From Promethearchaeota archaeon (GTDB lineage: Archaea > Asgardarchaeota > Lokiarchaeia > Sigyniarchaeales > SOKP01): 64,000 bases of DNA. Below are positions 50,500 to 60,960 of this stretch, piece after piece. Every line of letters begins with the position of its first letter. Position 1 is the stretch's first letter. The stretch is from the NCBI GenBank assembly GCA_048939995.1, contig JBHLOY010000007.1, positions 64,001 through 128,000 on the forward strand. Direction: 5' to 3'. The notes below the pieces were generated by a model. That model had not been told where the DNA came from. It was given only the letters and a program-made list of their open reading frames with translations, and searched no databases. The translations under genes and the position numbers were made by a program.

Positions 50500-50904
50500 A
50501 TGTCATCAGAAATACAATCAATTATTAATGATCTCTTAAATGAAGAACAAAGTGTATTTGGGGTAGCAGTTGTTAGTAAATCCGGAACTTTAATTACTCA
50601 GACAGAGAATTGGGATATATCTCAGGATCTTGCTAGAATAAATGAATTGCTTCAAACTAAGTTAGAGTTGGGCCAAAAAGGAATGTCAAGTATTTCAATT
50701 CAAGGAATAAAGTATATGATTGTTGAAAATACAGAGGAACGTAAAATTGGAACTAATATAACAGGAAAAGGGCATATAATTATAGCTCCTGTGCCAGTTG
50801 GGGGTACAGGTGCGTTAATCTGCTATATAAACCCGCAAGTAGGACCAAGAGATGCTTTATTTGTAGTACAGTCTTATGCTTTAAAACTCCAAAATTTAGT
50901 TTAA
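50500..50904 (+). CDS. Asgard (Loki-type) profilin
   Basis: 134 aa; GVAVVSKSG.LITQTENW, ISIQGIKYMIVENTEERKIGTN..GKGHII and GALICY. Confidence 0.85.
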   Translation: MSSEIQSIINDLLNEEQSVFGVAVVSKSGTLITQTENWDISQDLARINELLQTKLELGQKGMSSISIQGIKYMIVENTEERKIGTNITGKGHIIIAPVPVGGTGALICYINPQVGPRDALFVVQSYALKLQNLV

Positions 50905-50991
50905 ATTCTTCTTAACTTTTTTATTATTGCATTTAATATTATTACCTAAAAAAATGTAAATGAATAAAATTGTTAAAAAGGCCATATAAAC

Positions 50992-51357
50992 ATGTTTTTA
51001 CAGATAGCTTTTATAAGTTTGCTTTCAGATTATGGACCAATACTAATTTATATGAGTTTCGATATCGTTATCCTCATTTTTGCAATCTTCATCTACAAGA
51101 AAAATTCATATAAATATGGATTATATTTAATGATTTCCTCTATAATTTCTCTAATATCAAATGTAATTTTAATTGCAATTAATTATCCTTATTTGGCATA
51201 TAATCTATCAGTAGTTTATGGGTTTTCTTCCTATATGGTTGGTTTTGTGCTGTCTATTGTAGGACTTATATTTCTGGCTTTAGGGGTTTCTAGTAAGATT
51301 CTATTATTTTTAGGAATTTACCAGATATATAAAACTCATAAACCAAATAGAGAATAA
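50992..51357 (+). CDS. Small membrane protein
   Basis: Three hydrophobic segments. Confidence 0.65.
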   Translation: MFLQIAFISLLSDYGPILIYMSFDIVILIFAIFIYKKNSYKYGLYLMISSIISLISNVILIAINYPYLAYNLSVVYGFSSYMVGFVLSIVGLIFLALGVSSKILLFLGIYQIYKTHKPNRE

Positions 51358-51369
51358 TAACGATACTTT

Positions 51370-52476
51370 TTATTCAGTACTGATACTCTCCCAATAATTA
51401 CTCAACAAATCCTTCAAAGATTTTTTAATTTTGAAAATTTCCTCTCGTTTTGACGCTTTAAAAAGATAAATTCTCTCAAAATCAGCTGGCTCATATTTAT
51501 CTTTTAAAAGGGCTTTTAATACAGCTTGAATGCAATAAGGCAGCCCGATTGGGCTATATCCCCCTTCTAAAACAAAAGCTATTCTACCTTCACAAATTCT
51601 TTCAGAAATCTGCAAAATTTTCTCAGTGAATTTGTAATAAGCCTTACTGGTCAAAAGGCAATTACCAATAGGGTCAGCAAAATACATATCAAATCCTGCA
51701 GCAACGATTATAAGGTCTGGTTTGAAATCACTCAATAGTATATCAATTAAATCAAAAAATATGTAAAAATCTTCATCTATTATTCCTTCAGGAACAGGAA
51801 AGTTAATATTTTTTCCTATCCCCTTTCCATGGCCTAGCTCATCTATAAATCCTAAATCTGCTTGTGAAAAATCGTATTCATGAATTGAAAAGTAGAGTAT
51901 TTTGGGATCTTCATAAAAATATTGCGCGAGACCATCTCCAAAATGATTATCAATATCAACTATCGCAATTTTCTTTCTATAATTTAATTTATTTCTTAGA
52001 TATAGGATTGAGGTAGCAATATTATTAAAAATACATAATCCCGTGGCTTTTTCTCTAAACGCATGATGTCCCGGGGGTCTTATTAGAGCAAATGTATGAT
52101 TAACTTGCTTTTCAAGCACACTTTTAAGTGCTTGAATTGTCCCTCCAACTGCTTTCTTAGCTAATTCGAAAGTATCTTGTGTAATAAACACTTCTTCGTC
52201 GAGCAAACCACCTCCCATTTTTGAGAGACGCTTAACTGCTTCAATATGATATGAGGAATGAGCTAATGAGAGAACATGTTCATCAATAGATATTGGTTCT
52301 AGCTTACAGACACGGTCATCATGAAAAAATCCTTTTTTATTCAAAAATTCCATGACATACTTAATTCTTAAGGGATTTTCAAAAGAAATAAAAATCGGTT
52401 TTGGATAAATTGGAATATGTTTTAATGTAAAATCATCATCAATTACTATCCCTAACTTTTTATTCATATTCATCAT
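51370..52476 (-). CDS. Zn-dependent histone deacetylase family protein
   Basis: ENPLR, RPPGHHA, GLCIFNN, DIDNHFGDG, AGFD...DP and LEGGY. Confidence 0.92.
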   Translation of the reverse strand: MMNMNKKLGIVIDDDFTLKHIPIYPKPIFISFENPLRIKYVMEFLNKKGFFHDDRVCKLEPISIDEHVLSLAHSSYHIEAVKRLSKMGGGLLDEEVFITQDTFELAKKAVGGTIQALKSVLEKQVNHTFALIRPPGHHAFREKATGLCIFNNIATSILYLRNKLNYRKKIAIVDIDNHFGDGLAQYFYEDPKILYFSIHEYDFSQADLGFIDELGHGKGIGKNINFPVPEGIIDEDFYIFFDLIDILLSDFKPDLIIVAAGFDMYFADPIGNCLLTSKAYYKFTEKILQISERICEGRIAFVLEGGYSPIGLPYCIQAVLKALLKDKYEPADFERIYLFKASKREEIFKIKKSLKDLLSNYWESISTE

Positions 52477-52578
52477 ATTAATTTTTTGATTTAAAAAATA
52501 CCTAGAATAATATATTTGAAATTGCTTAAATTAATTTAAAAATAATTTAATTTTAATTAAAAAACCTGAGTATCAAAG

Positions 52579-54822
52579 ATGACAGTCCTCGAAGTTGCTT
52601 TAACTATTTTATTAAACATTATTCCTATTATCGTTATAATTATCCCCTACTTCTTTATTAAAAAAAGAGTAATAGGAAAACTGTATGGACGAATCCTACT
52701 TGGAATTATTGTGTTTTATATAGTTTACTGGGTGTTACCTATAATATTTCAATTAGATAAAGCTCCAATAGAGCTTACACTTGAATCCGGAGAAGATGGA
52801 AACACGGCTTTAGGAGTTGGTTACATTATTAGTCACTTCCTCTCATTACTGTCCCTATTTGCTTCATACCCTCTGGTAACCCTTCCTTTCATATTCATTG
52901 TGGCACCTTTTATCTCTATTATAATGGTGTGGAATAAATTAAGGAAAGAGAAGACGTCGATCAAAGAATCTCTTTCTGGATTGACGTATCATCTAACAGA
53001 AGGACCATATAAGCAGATAAAAAATGAATTAATTAAAGGTGATTGGAGTAGAGAGAAAGAAATATTAAAACTACTCATTGTTTTGCTCCCAATTTCACTA
53101 TTTCTCCTCCAACTAATTCTTCGGATAACCAATCTTGAAACAGTTTCTTTAACTGATGGAGAAACGGCCCTTGGATGGTTCTTGGAAATTTTATTTGTAT
53201 ATCTTGCTACTTTTATATTTAGTATTGAACTACTGCTTAGCTCTCAAATTGCCTTAAAGGGGAGATACTTTGGAGAATCTATACGCACTCAAACCTACAA
53301 AAGCCTCTATACTGTCGGTGCTCCTATTTCTGTATTGGCAATTCTATTATTTGTAGTTGAAGGCATTCAAGCGGGGGATATAACATTTATCTTCATTACT
53401 ATTTACTTCTTCGCTTATTTTATTATGGCTTCCGTTATATTCGTTTTATTTCTAAAAATCTTTGAACCTATCTCCATCCTAGTCTTTATCAAAATAATTG
53501 ACTGGTGGAAAAAAAGGAAACAACAAAAGAGAGTGGCTGATACTAAAAATTGGTACTACGGAATTGTTTTCGCGTGTTTAGCTTTTTTCATATACTTTTT
53601 CATTAATTATCTACTGTTTCGTACCCTCTATACTTTTATCTTTCCTAATGGTGAAGATATATGGAACTCTGCTAATTTTAATTCACCAACTCACTCTTTA
53701 GGTTATTCTCTTGGATTTGATCTCATGAATGTATTTTCCTTTATCACATTGATAATAGCTTCTCTTCTCATAGCCGTGTTCTTTATGGTTTATAGTTTGA
53801 AATATATACGAAGTATCTCTACAGCAGTGTTAACTTATATGCCAATTATTATAGGCCTCTCAATATTATTTTTTGTTCTCCCTGGAAGTCCAAATGCATT
53901 AATTAATTTTGGACCAGATACATACTGGATCACAGGACAGAGTAGCTATACTAACATTTTTGGGTTTATCTTCTTTACTCTAAGAACAGCTGGTTTAGAG
54001 GCAAATCTAGGTCCTGTTTTGGGAATTTTAGCAGTCCCATACATATTTACTCGTTACATTTTTAATATAATTGTCTGGGGTTTGATCATATATTATCTAC
54101 GAAAAGAATTTAAAGCTAAGAACGTAAAACTCGATGAAAAACATTTGGAGAAACTTGTATTCTCTTCCATTTCTGATTATATCACTATTGATGATTATAA
54201 AAGAGGAGAAATTCAATATTTAATAACTAAGAATGAAGATATCAGCCAAGAAACCATAAATTCAGAGCGAGAGGAAGTTCAAAATTTAGTTAATTCTCTC
54301 GCTGAAGATAAACTTCTGAAAGAAATTATTCCGTTTGAAGAACAAGAGAAACAGAGGTTTTATTTTACTCTAAAGTATCTTTTTAATAATAATTACGTGG
54401 ATATTTTAAGACCTGAGTTTAGTTATGTCTTTGAGAGAGTTGAGAAACAAGGATTATACATAATTTATGATGATGGGAGAGGTATCTTTGACTATAGCTT
54501 CGTAAGGGAAGTTTTTCACGATCCTGGATTGATTTCTGGGATGATTTCAGCTATTACATCATTTATTAAGGAGACAACTAAATCACAAGACTTATTAAAA
54601 ACAATTGATCACGGAGATATTACGATATTAATTGAATATGGAAAACGCATATTTGGAGTGTTATTCATTAAAGGAAAACAGACAGCAGAAGTTCGCACCA
54701 AATTAAAAGCATTTGTTGAAAAATTTGAGTCAAAATATCAAACTATTTTAGAAGACTGGAGCGGTGCATTGGTACATTTTAAAGAAGATCATTCCATGGT
54801 AGAAGAAATCTTTCAAGAATAA
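52579..54822 (+). CDS. Polytopic membrane protein with a C-terminal longin-like domain
   Basis: About 11-12 TM segments in the first ~505 aa; C-terminus GLYIIYDDGR..F, DPGLISGMISAITSFIKE, FESKY..ILEDWSG. Confidence 0.78.
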   Translation: MTVLEVALTILLNIIPIIVIIIPYFFIKKRVIGKLYGRILLGIIVFYIVYWVLPIIFQLDKAPIELTLESGEDGNTALGVGYIISHFLSLLSLFASYPLVTLPFIFIVAPFISIIMVWNKLRKEKTSIKESLSGLTYHLTEGPYKQIKNELIKGDWSREKEILKLLIVLLPISLFLLQLILRITNLETVSLTDGETALGWFLEILFVYLATFIFSIELLLSSQIALKGRYFGESIRTQTYKSLYTVGAPISVLAILLFVVEGIQAGDITFIFITIYFFAYFIMASVIFVLFLKIFEPISILVFIKIIDWWKKRKQQKRVADTKNWYYGIVFACLAFFIYFFINYLLFRTLYTFIFPNGEDIWNSANFNSPTHSLGYSLGFDLMNVFSFITLIIASLLIAVFFMVYSLKYIRSISTAVLTYMPIIIGLSILFFVLPGSPNALINFGPDTYWITGQSSYTNIFGFIFFTLRTAGLEANLGPVLGILAVPYIFTRYIFNIIVWGLIIYYLRKEFKAKNVKLDEKHLEKLVFSSISDYITIDDYKRGEIQYLITKNEDISQETINSEREEVQNLVNSLAEDKLLKEIIPFEEQEKQRFYFTLKYLFNNNYVDILRPEFSYVFERVEKQGLYIIYDDGRGIFDYSFVREVFHDPGLISGMISAITSFIKETTKSQDLLKTIDHGDITILIEYGKRIFGVLFIKGKQTAEVRTKLKAFVEKFESKYQTILEDWSGALVHFKEDHSMVEEIFQE

Positions 54823-54849
54823 TCTAATATTTTTTATTCTTTTTTATAG

Positions 54850-55647
54850 TTATTCTGGTATAGTAGCTACAGCGCGTACCCAACCAGCACTAGCTCTAGC
54901 AATTTTAATAGGAAAACAATAGATCGTCGCACCCACTGGCGGAACTTTATCTAAATTTATCATCTTTTCCATTTGAAAATATCCTCTTTCAATACCCGCA
55001 TAATGACCCTCCCAAATCAATGATTTGTTAGGAGATTTTTCCTTAATCGATTTTTTCCATTTAGTGGCAGTAATTGTAAATGGAGCATCCCATGACCATG
55101 CATCAATGCCAACCACATGAACCCCCTGCCTAATAATATGTAATGTTGCCTCTTTTCCAATCCCATGACTAATATACTCCTTTGTTCCATAATAATTTGG
55201 AGCATTCGTATGCACACATACAATATCTCCCTCTTTTAATTTATGTCCAATTAAATCTAACTTCTGATCAATATCTCCTGGATTCAACACATAACCTTCT
55301 TCATAATTGGTGCAATTCAGCACTATGAGGGGACCAATACCCCATTCTAATGGAAATTCATCAATTGTATGTGCTTTTTTCTCTATATCTTCTTTATCTT
55401 GAATAGGAGCATAATGCCAAGGCGCATCCATATGTGTTCCAGAATGAGTCCCTAAAGTAATGGTTTCTGTAGCCCAACCTTTTCCATCTGGTAAATGATC
55501 TTCTGGTTTTAATTTTGGGAATATAAATCCCATTTCTTCTGCACCTCTCTCATGATTCCTATATTCGATGTGAGGTTGAGTCAAGGGAGGATCAAATATC
55601 AATTCGTCGGGATTAATTATGGGAATGCTTAGATCAATAAATTTCAT
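54850..55647 (-). CDS. Cyclase/kynurenine formamidase-like metal hydrolase
   Basis: DLS, HSGTHMDAPWH, VGIDAWSWD and SAGWVRAVA. Confidence 0.9.
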   Translation of the reverse strand: MKFIDLSIPIINPDELIFDPPLTQPHIEYRNHERGAEEMGFIFPKLKPEDHLPDGKGWATETITLGTHSGTHMDAPWHYAPIQDKEDIEKKAHTIDEFPLEWGIGPLIVLNCTNYEEGYVLNPGDIDQKLDLIGHKLKEGDIVCVHTNAPNYYGTKEYISHGIGKEATLHIIRQGVHVVGIDAWSWDAPFTITATKWKKSIKEKSPNKSLIWEGHYAGIERGYFQMEKMINLDKVPPVGATIYCFPIKIARASAGWVRAVATIPE

Positions 55648-55735
55648 AATAAACCCTTATTTCGAATCTATTTTAATATTTGGGTTAATAAAAATTAAGC
55701 TTGAAAATCCTTTTGAAATAAAGAAATAAAAGTAG

Positions 55736-56359
55736 CTACAATAAAAGAGGAAGGCAAGTCGTAAAACCGGTTAAAATACCAAGAAAAAAGCCAACTATTA
55801 AATTTATGATTGCGGCTTTAATATAGAACTTATTATAACTTACAATTAACCATATGCTTACTAATATCTCTAATAATGAAAGAAATGACCCCAAAGCTAT
55901 AGCATAAAAAATTAAATGCTCAACAGATGTTAGACTGCTGATCTCGACAACACTGTTTGTGCTCCATGGATTAAATAACCCGAGTGAATTGATATAAATA
56001 AAAATATATCTATCGGGTATTGGATCAAGCACCCAAATTAAAAAATAGGTGAGTAGAGTTGACAAAATTCCTATCCCAAAGATGATATAAAAAGTGCCCA
56101 AAATTACATGGGAAAATCTCACTACTACTTTCTCATCCATACTGTTCTGATATGTATTTAATCCATATTTAGCGTAGTTTTTCTTAAACCTGAACAGAAC
56201 TAAAACACCTAGGATTATCAAGATAAAGGATAATATATACTTAAAAAAGACAAACATAATAGAAAGGATATTAGTAATCCAATCGAAGCCCCAATCGAGA
56301 TCTTGAGAAATTTGAATAGAATCTAAGGCAAAGCAAATTGTTTTTAATAACAAGCTCAT
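55736..56359 (-). CDS. Membrane protein (4 TM)
   Basis: Hydrophobic segments; no recognised motif. Confidence 0.7.
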   Translation of the reverse strand: MSLLLKTICFALDSIQISQDLDWGFDWITNILSIMFVFFKYILSFILIILGVLVLFRFKKNYAKYGLNTYQNSMDEKVVVRFSHVILGTFYIIFGIGILSTLLTYFLIWVLDPIPDRYIFIYINSLGLFNPWSTNSVVEISSLTSVEHLIFYAIALGSFLSLLEILVSIWLIVSYNKFYIKAAIINLIVGFFLGILTGFTTCLPLLL

Positions 56360-56507
56360 CCATCATTAATTAAAAAGAATCTATTTAAAGTCAAATATTG
56401 ATAACATATCAAACTGAAGCAAATGTTTAAATAAGAATCTAAATCAAACATAGATTAAAGACAATCGCATGGTTTAATTATTAAAAAAACTAAATTATAG
56501 TAAAAAA

Positions 56508-56771
56508 TTGAGATTAAATAAAAAGATATTATACAGGCCTAGATGTGAGAGCTGTGGAAATCGACTCTATCGAAGTTTTCGTTCTTTTAGGCATCCTTTT
56601 TGTGGGTCTTTTTGGGGGACAGTTCCCTCACATTGTCCAAAATGTGGAAAAGAAGTAAATCTAGATCAAAAAAGTCAGTTGATAGAACACGAAGGACTAG
56701 TATGTTTGTTAATATGTAGTGTATTTGTCATATTTGTAGTAGTTTTGTTGCTAATTGTTCTCTCTTTATAA
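56508..56771 (+). CDS. Small zinc-finger protein with a C-terminal TM segment
   Basis: CESCG...CPKCG followed by a terminal hydrophobic helix. Confidence 0.65.
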   Translation: MRLNKKILYRPRCESCGNRLYRSFRSFRHPFCGSFWGTVPSHCPKCGKEVNLDQKSQLIEHEGLVCLLICSVFVIFVVVLLLIVLSL

Positions 56772-56814
56772 ATTTCTAGTTATCATTTAATTTTTCCATC
56801 AATAGCAAATTACT

Positions 56815-57405
56815 TCAAATTTTCCTGCATACTAACTCTCCTTTTCCAATGGGTACAATTATGGCATCTACTCGGTTATCAGCCAGAGCTTGATCTAGCA
56901 TGGGCTTTAGGCTTTCATAATGGTTGATTGCATTATCTGCAACTAAGATGCCACCTTTGACTAGATTAGGAATTATAAGATCATAACACTCTCCGTAGAT
57001 TTCTTTCTCGGCATCTAAAAAACAAAATGATATATTTTTATAATTAGGGATATTTTCAAGTGCATCACCTTCGATTAATTCGATTGTATCAACTAAATTG
57101 GTTAATTCAAAGGTTTCCCGAGCTAATTTTGCTTTTTCTTCCAGAATCTCAAACGTTACTAACTTCCTTCCAAGAATTCGACATGCTAATGATATCCATA
57201 ATGCGGAATATCCTCCACTGGTACCAATTTCTAAAAATACACCCTCAGGAGCACTGGCTGCTAAAATAGAAATAAACTTACCGGTTTCAGGAGGGATTTG
57301 CCGAAGTCTTTCCATTCTTGGCGTTCCATCTAGGCGATCTTGAGTATCTATATCTTCTAAATACTTCATTCTCTCTTTTATTACTGTAGGGATATTATAA
57401 AACAT
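56815..57405 (-). CDS. SAM-dependent O-methyltransferase (YrrM/COMT-like)
   Basis: [16 protein letters not shown] and GGILVADN. Confidence 0.9.
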   Translation of the reverse strand: MFYNIPTVIKERMKYLEDIDTQDRLDGTPRMERLRQIPPETGKFISILAASAPEGVFLEIGTSGGYSALWISLACRILGRKLVTFEILEEKAKLARETFELTNLVDTIELIEGDALENIPNYKNISFCFLDAEKEIYGECYDLIIPNLVKGGILVADNAINHYESLKPMLDQALADNRVDAIIVPIGKGELVCRKI

Positions 57406-57578
57406 CGCTATTTCATATGTACCATCTAATAAAGATTTTCCGACCCTATTTTCCTTTGCTCATAAAACGAAATGAAGTTAAATCTTAATCGTTACATGTG
57501 ATTTAAACTAAAATGTTTGCTTAAACTTAATATACAATAATCTAGAAAAAATAAAGTTAAAAAAATAAAATTAATTGC

Positions 57579-59270
57579 TTAGTAATCCATATCTGGCATA
57601 CCGCCCATGCCACCCATACCTGGATAGCCTCCACCCATACCAGGCGGCATCCCTCCTGGCGGCATTCCACCAGGCGGACCAGCAGTTTTAGCCGAGGCTA
57701 TCACATCATCGATGCGCAAGATCATGGAAGCAGCTTCGGTTGAGCTTTTAATAGCTTGAATTTTTACAACGGTAGGTTCAACGACGCCTACCTTCATCAT
57801 GTCATCGATAACTTCTCCGGAGTCAAGATCATGTCCGGCGAAATTATGTCCTGCTTGATGAGCGGCTCGTAGTTTCATGAGAACTTCGATTTGGTCTAAT
57901 CCTGCGTTTTCAGCGAGGGTTTTTGGTACGATGTCTAAACAATCAGCAAACACTTCTACTGCTAGTTGCTCTCGGCCTCCTAAAGTTTGAGCATATTTGC
58001 GTAATTGGATTGAGGTTTCTATTTCTGGAGCTCCACCGCCTCCAACGATTTTTTGATCTTCAACGATATCTCTAGTCACACATAAAGCATCATGAATAGC
58101 TCTTTCTCCTTCATCGACGACTAGTTCAGTTCCTCCTCTAATTAATATTACGACTGATTTTGGATCTTTACAATCTTCGATAAAAATCCAGCTGTCATTC
58201 ATAACTTTGCGTTCTTCGACTAGGCCAGCATAACCTAATTTCTGTGGTGTGATATCATCTAGATTAGTAAAAATCATGCCCCCAGTTGCCTTTGAGAGTT
58301 TTTCAATATCTGATTTCTTAACTCTTCTTACCGATAAGATACCTGCCTTAGTTAAAAAGTGTTGGGCCATATCATCGATTCCTTTTTGACAAATTAGAAC
58401 ATTTGCGCCTGAGTTTTTAATCTTCTCAGCCATCTTTCTTAACATATGTTCTTCTTCATCTAAGAATTGTTGGATTTGCTCTGGACTCGTAATTTGGAGT
58501 TTAGTATCGAATTCAGTTTTTTCAATTTCCACTGCACTTTGTAATAAAAGAATTTTGGCATCTTTAACGCTCTTTGGCATTCCTGGACTTACAACTTCCT
58601 TATCCAATATGATTCCTTTAATTAATATCGTTTCATCAATGCTCTCTCCTTCTTTCTTTTGAATCTGAACTTTCTCAATGTCGGCTTTCCATTTTCCATT
58701 TTGGTCTCTTTCAGCAACAGATTTGATTGCTTCAATACATAATTCAGCAAGCATTTCCTTCGATTCAGATACAATTTTACTCGACATACAAGTCATGGCA
58801 GCATTCTTTAGACCCTCATAATCATCAATTCCACTTTTAATGGACATCTTTTCTAAAATTTCAATTGCCTTGTCAGCTGCTTTTCGAAAACCTTCGGTTA
58901 TTACTGTAGGATGAATTTTCTGTTGCAGAAGCTTCTCAGCACGCTTTAATAATTCTCCAGCAAGGATTACGCTGGTAGTTGTACCATCACCTACTTCAGA
59001 ATCTTGAGTTTTGGCAACTTCTACCATCATTTTCGCTGCAGGGTGCTGTACATCGATCTCTTTCAAAATTGTAGCTCCGTCATTTGTAATTACTACGTCA
59101 CCAAATTGATCTACTAGCATCTTATCCATGCCCATCGGGCCTAATGAGGTTCTTACAGCTTCAGCAATTACTTTCGCTGCTGCGATGTTATTTTCCATTG
59201 CATCCTTTCCGCGCTGGCGTTCAGTTCCCTCTTTTAAAATAATTACAGGTTGACCTCCTAATTGTGCCAT
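57579..59270 (-). CDS. ths: Thermosome (group II chaperonin) subunit
   Basis: [30 protein letters not shown] and a GGM-rich tail. Confidence 0.97.
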   Translation of the reverse strand: MAQLGGQPVIILKEGTERQRGKDAMENNIAAAKVIAEAVRTSLGPMGMDKMLVDQFGDVVITNDGATILKEIDVQHPAAKMMVEVAKTQDSEVGDGTTTSVILAGELLKRAEKLLQQKIHPTVITEGFRKAADKAIEILEKMSIKSGIDDYEGLKNAAMTCMSSKIVSESKEMLAELCIEAIKSVAERDQNGKWKADIEKVQIQKKEGESIDETILIKGIILDKEVVSPGMPKSVKDAKILLLQSAVEIEKTEFDTKLQITSPEQIQQFLDEEEHMLRKMAEKIKNSGANVLICQKGIDDMAQHFLTKAGILSVRRVKKSDIEKLSKATGGMIFTNLDDITPQKLGYAGLVEERKVMNDSWIFIEDCKDPKSVVILIRGGTELVVDEGERAIHDALCVTRDIVEDQKIVGGGGAPEIETSIQLRKYAQTLGGREQLAVEVFADCLDIVPKTLAENAGLDQIEVLMKLRAAHQAGHNFAGHDLDSGEVIDDMMKVGVVEPTVVKIQAIKSSTEAASMILRIDDVIASAKTAGPPGGMPPGGMPPGMGGGYPGMGGMGGMPDMDY

Positions 59271-59417
59271 ATTAAATTTTCACCATATTTCTTTTTTATA
59301 AATTTGTTATCTATATAATGATCTCTAAGTCATAAAATTAAAAAAGTTTACGAAAATAAATAATAGGCAAAATGAAGCTTAATAAAGTAGATTTTAAGAT
59401 TTAGTAAATTAATATTC

Positions 59418-59582
59418 TTATTTTACTAAATCTCTCTTTTTCAATCGGAGGTCTTTTGCTCTGCATCTTCGGCACTTTTTTGCCCTGATTGGGTTGAGAG
59501 CTCCACAATGTCTGCATACGGATTTTTCAAGCAGATGGAATCGGGCGATTTTTCTTTTGTAAGGGTCGTCGATGGGCGCCAT
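59418..59582 (-). CDS. rpl40e: 50S ribosomal protein L40e (eL40)
   Basis: Manual translation gives MAPIDDPYKRKIARFHLLEKSVCRHCGALNPIRAKKCRRCRAKDLRLKKRDLVK. At 54 aa it is below the ORF-track cutoff. Confidence 0.93.
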   Translation of the reverse strand: MAPIDDPYKRKIARFHLLEKSVCRHCGALNPIRAKKCRRCRAKDLRLKKRDLVK

Positions 59583-59784
59583 AATAATCTCTGCGAGTTA
59601 CTTTTATTTATTTTTATTATAGATTTTATAAACTAATTTGTTGTATTGTAAATAACTTAAAAGATAAATGGAAAAATAGTTTTAAGAATTAAAATTTTTG
59701 TATCTTAATGAAAAAATTAAAATTTCATAATTAATAGTATAGATTAATTGAATTCTAAGTGTTTTAATTATTGGATGGGATAGT

Positions 59785-59979
59785 ATGCCAAAGGAAATAA
59801 ATTCCAGTGATCAATTTATAGAATTAGCTGAGTTTGCAATTCATTGTAGAGTGAAGAGAATTAAGGATGTTGTGAAATTAAAGCTTAGGACTAAGAAATA
59901 TCTTTATACTTATAAAACAGATCCTAATACAGCAGATAGACTTTTGGCCAACCTAAAGTGCGACATTATCGAACTTTAA
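59785..59979 (+). CDS. rpl38e: Ribosomal protein L38e (eL38)
   Basis: MPKEI...F and VKLKLRTKKYLYT. Confidence 0.92.
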   Translation: MPKEINSSDQFIELAEFAIHCRVKRIKDVVKLKLRTKKYLYTYKTDPNTADRLLANLKCDIIEL

Positions 59980-59991
59980 AATAATAAATTA

Positions 59992-60531
59992 TTGAATCAA
60001 ATAAAAATTAGTAATAACATAATGAAAAATCTTCCAGCGTGCCAAACATGTGTAATTTCAGGCTTTTTATGTAATAGTTGCGAACAAAAGCTCGATGCTG
60101 GTGAGCTAACTGAGTTTGAATTAGATTTAGCAAAAAATCTCTTAGAGTTGGAAGAAAAGGAAAACTTTAGCTTTTTAAAAGATATTTCGTTCTATAAAGC
60201 AATAGATTTTGAAGATGTAGTTATAATTGTTATAGACAAGAAAGATAAGGTTAAAATTTCAGAAGATATAATTACTTGGATCAAGGAAACTTATGAAATT
60301 GACGAGCTAATCTTTATAGAAAAGACTCGAAACCCTCGGCCTGTTATTGAAGCACTTACCGCTCCAAGTAAATTAATATCCTTAAATGAAATTTTTTTAG
60401 CAACAGGTGATATTGAATTTAAAGCAGTATTTAACCTAAGAGACCAAGAAAGAATCTTATTTACCAAAGATGAATTAGAAGAGTTAGTTTTAGAGTTAAC
60501 GGGGCAAACTATTCGAATAGAATTTGAATAA
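59992..60531 (+). CDS. Archaeal NusA-like (NusA2) protein with an N-terminal Zn finger
   Basis: PACQTC..SG.LCNSCE.KL..GE.T..E N-terminus and KH-like C-terminus LELTGQTIRIEFE. Start likely at ATG 60022. Confidence 0.72.
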   Translation: MNQIKISNNIMKNLPACQTCVISGFLCNSCEQKLDAGELTEFELDLAKNLLELEEKENFSFLKDISFYKAIDFEDVVIIVIDKKDKVKISEDIITWIKETYEIDELIFIEKTRNPRPVIEALTAPSKLISLNEIFLATGDIEFKAVFNLRDQERILFTKDELEELVLELTGQTIRIEFE

Positions 60532-60565
60532 GTAGTATATTTTTAAGGATATTATAACCTATAGG

Positions 60566-60928
60566 GTGAATTTTGTGGAAAAATACAAACAGGTTATTTT
60601 AATAAGAACAGATTTAAAAATGGGAACTGGTAAAAAATGTGTTCAATCATGCCATGCTTCTGTTTCAGCTGCAGATTTAGTTCGAACAACTAATAAACCT
60701 TTATGGAAAATGTGGATTAACTCGGGTCAGAAAAAAGTAGTATTAAAAGTTAACTTGGAAACACTAGATGAGATAGTTAAAGGACTAAGAAAGACCAAAA
60801 TTCCTTACTTTCTCGTTAAAGATGCAGGTTTAACACAATTACCACCAGGAACAACTACAGCATTAGGAATTGGACCCGTTATATCAAAGGATATTGATGC
60901 TATAACTAAAGATTTAAAGTTACTCTAA
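60566..60928 (+). CDS. pth2: Peptidyl-tRNA hydrolase 2
   Basis: [16 protein letters not shown]...[11 protein letters not shown] and [16 protein letters not shown]. Confidence 0.96.
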   Translation: MNFVEKYKQVILIRTDLKMGTGKKCVQSCHASVSAADLVRTTNKPLWKMWINSGQKKVVLKVNLETLDEIVKGLRKTKIPYFLVKDAGLTQLPPGTTTALGIGPVISKDIDAITKDLKLL

Positions 60929-60960
60929 CTTAATACAATTAAGAAAGTAGATGTGATTAA

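Noticed and set aside
57579-57680. GC-rich repeated sequence at the 3' end of the thermosome gene
   Set aside because: It encodes the ordinary PPGGM/GGM chaperonin tail and is not a separate element. A profilin-ligand role is unsupported.
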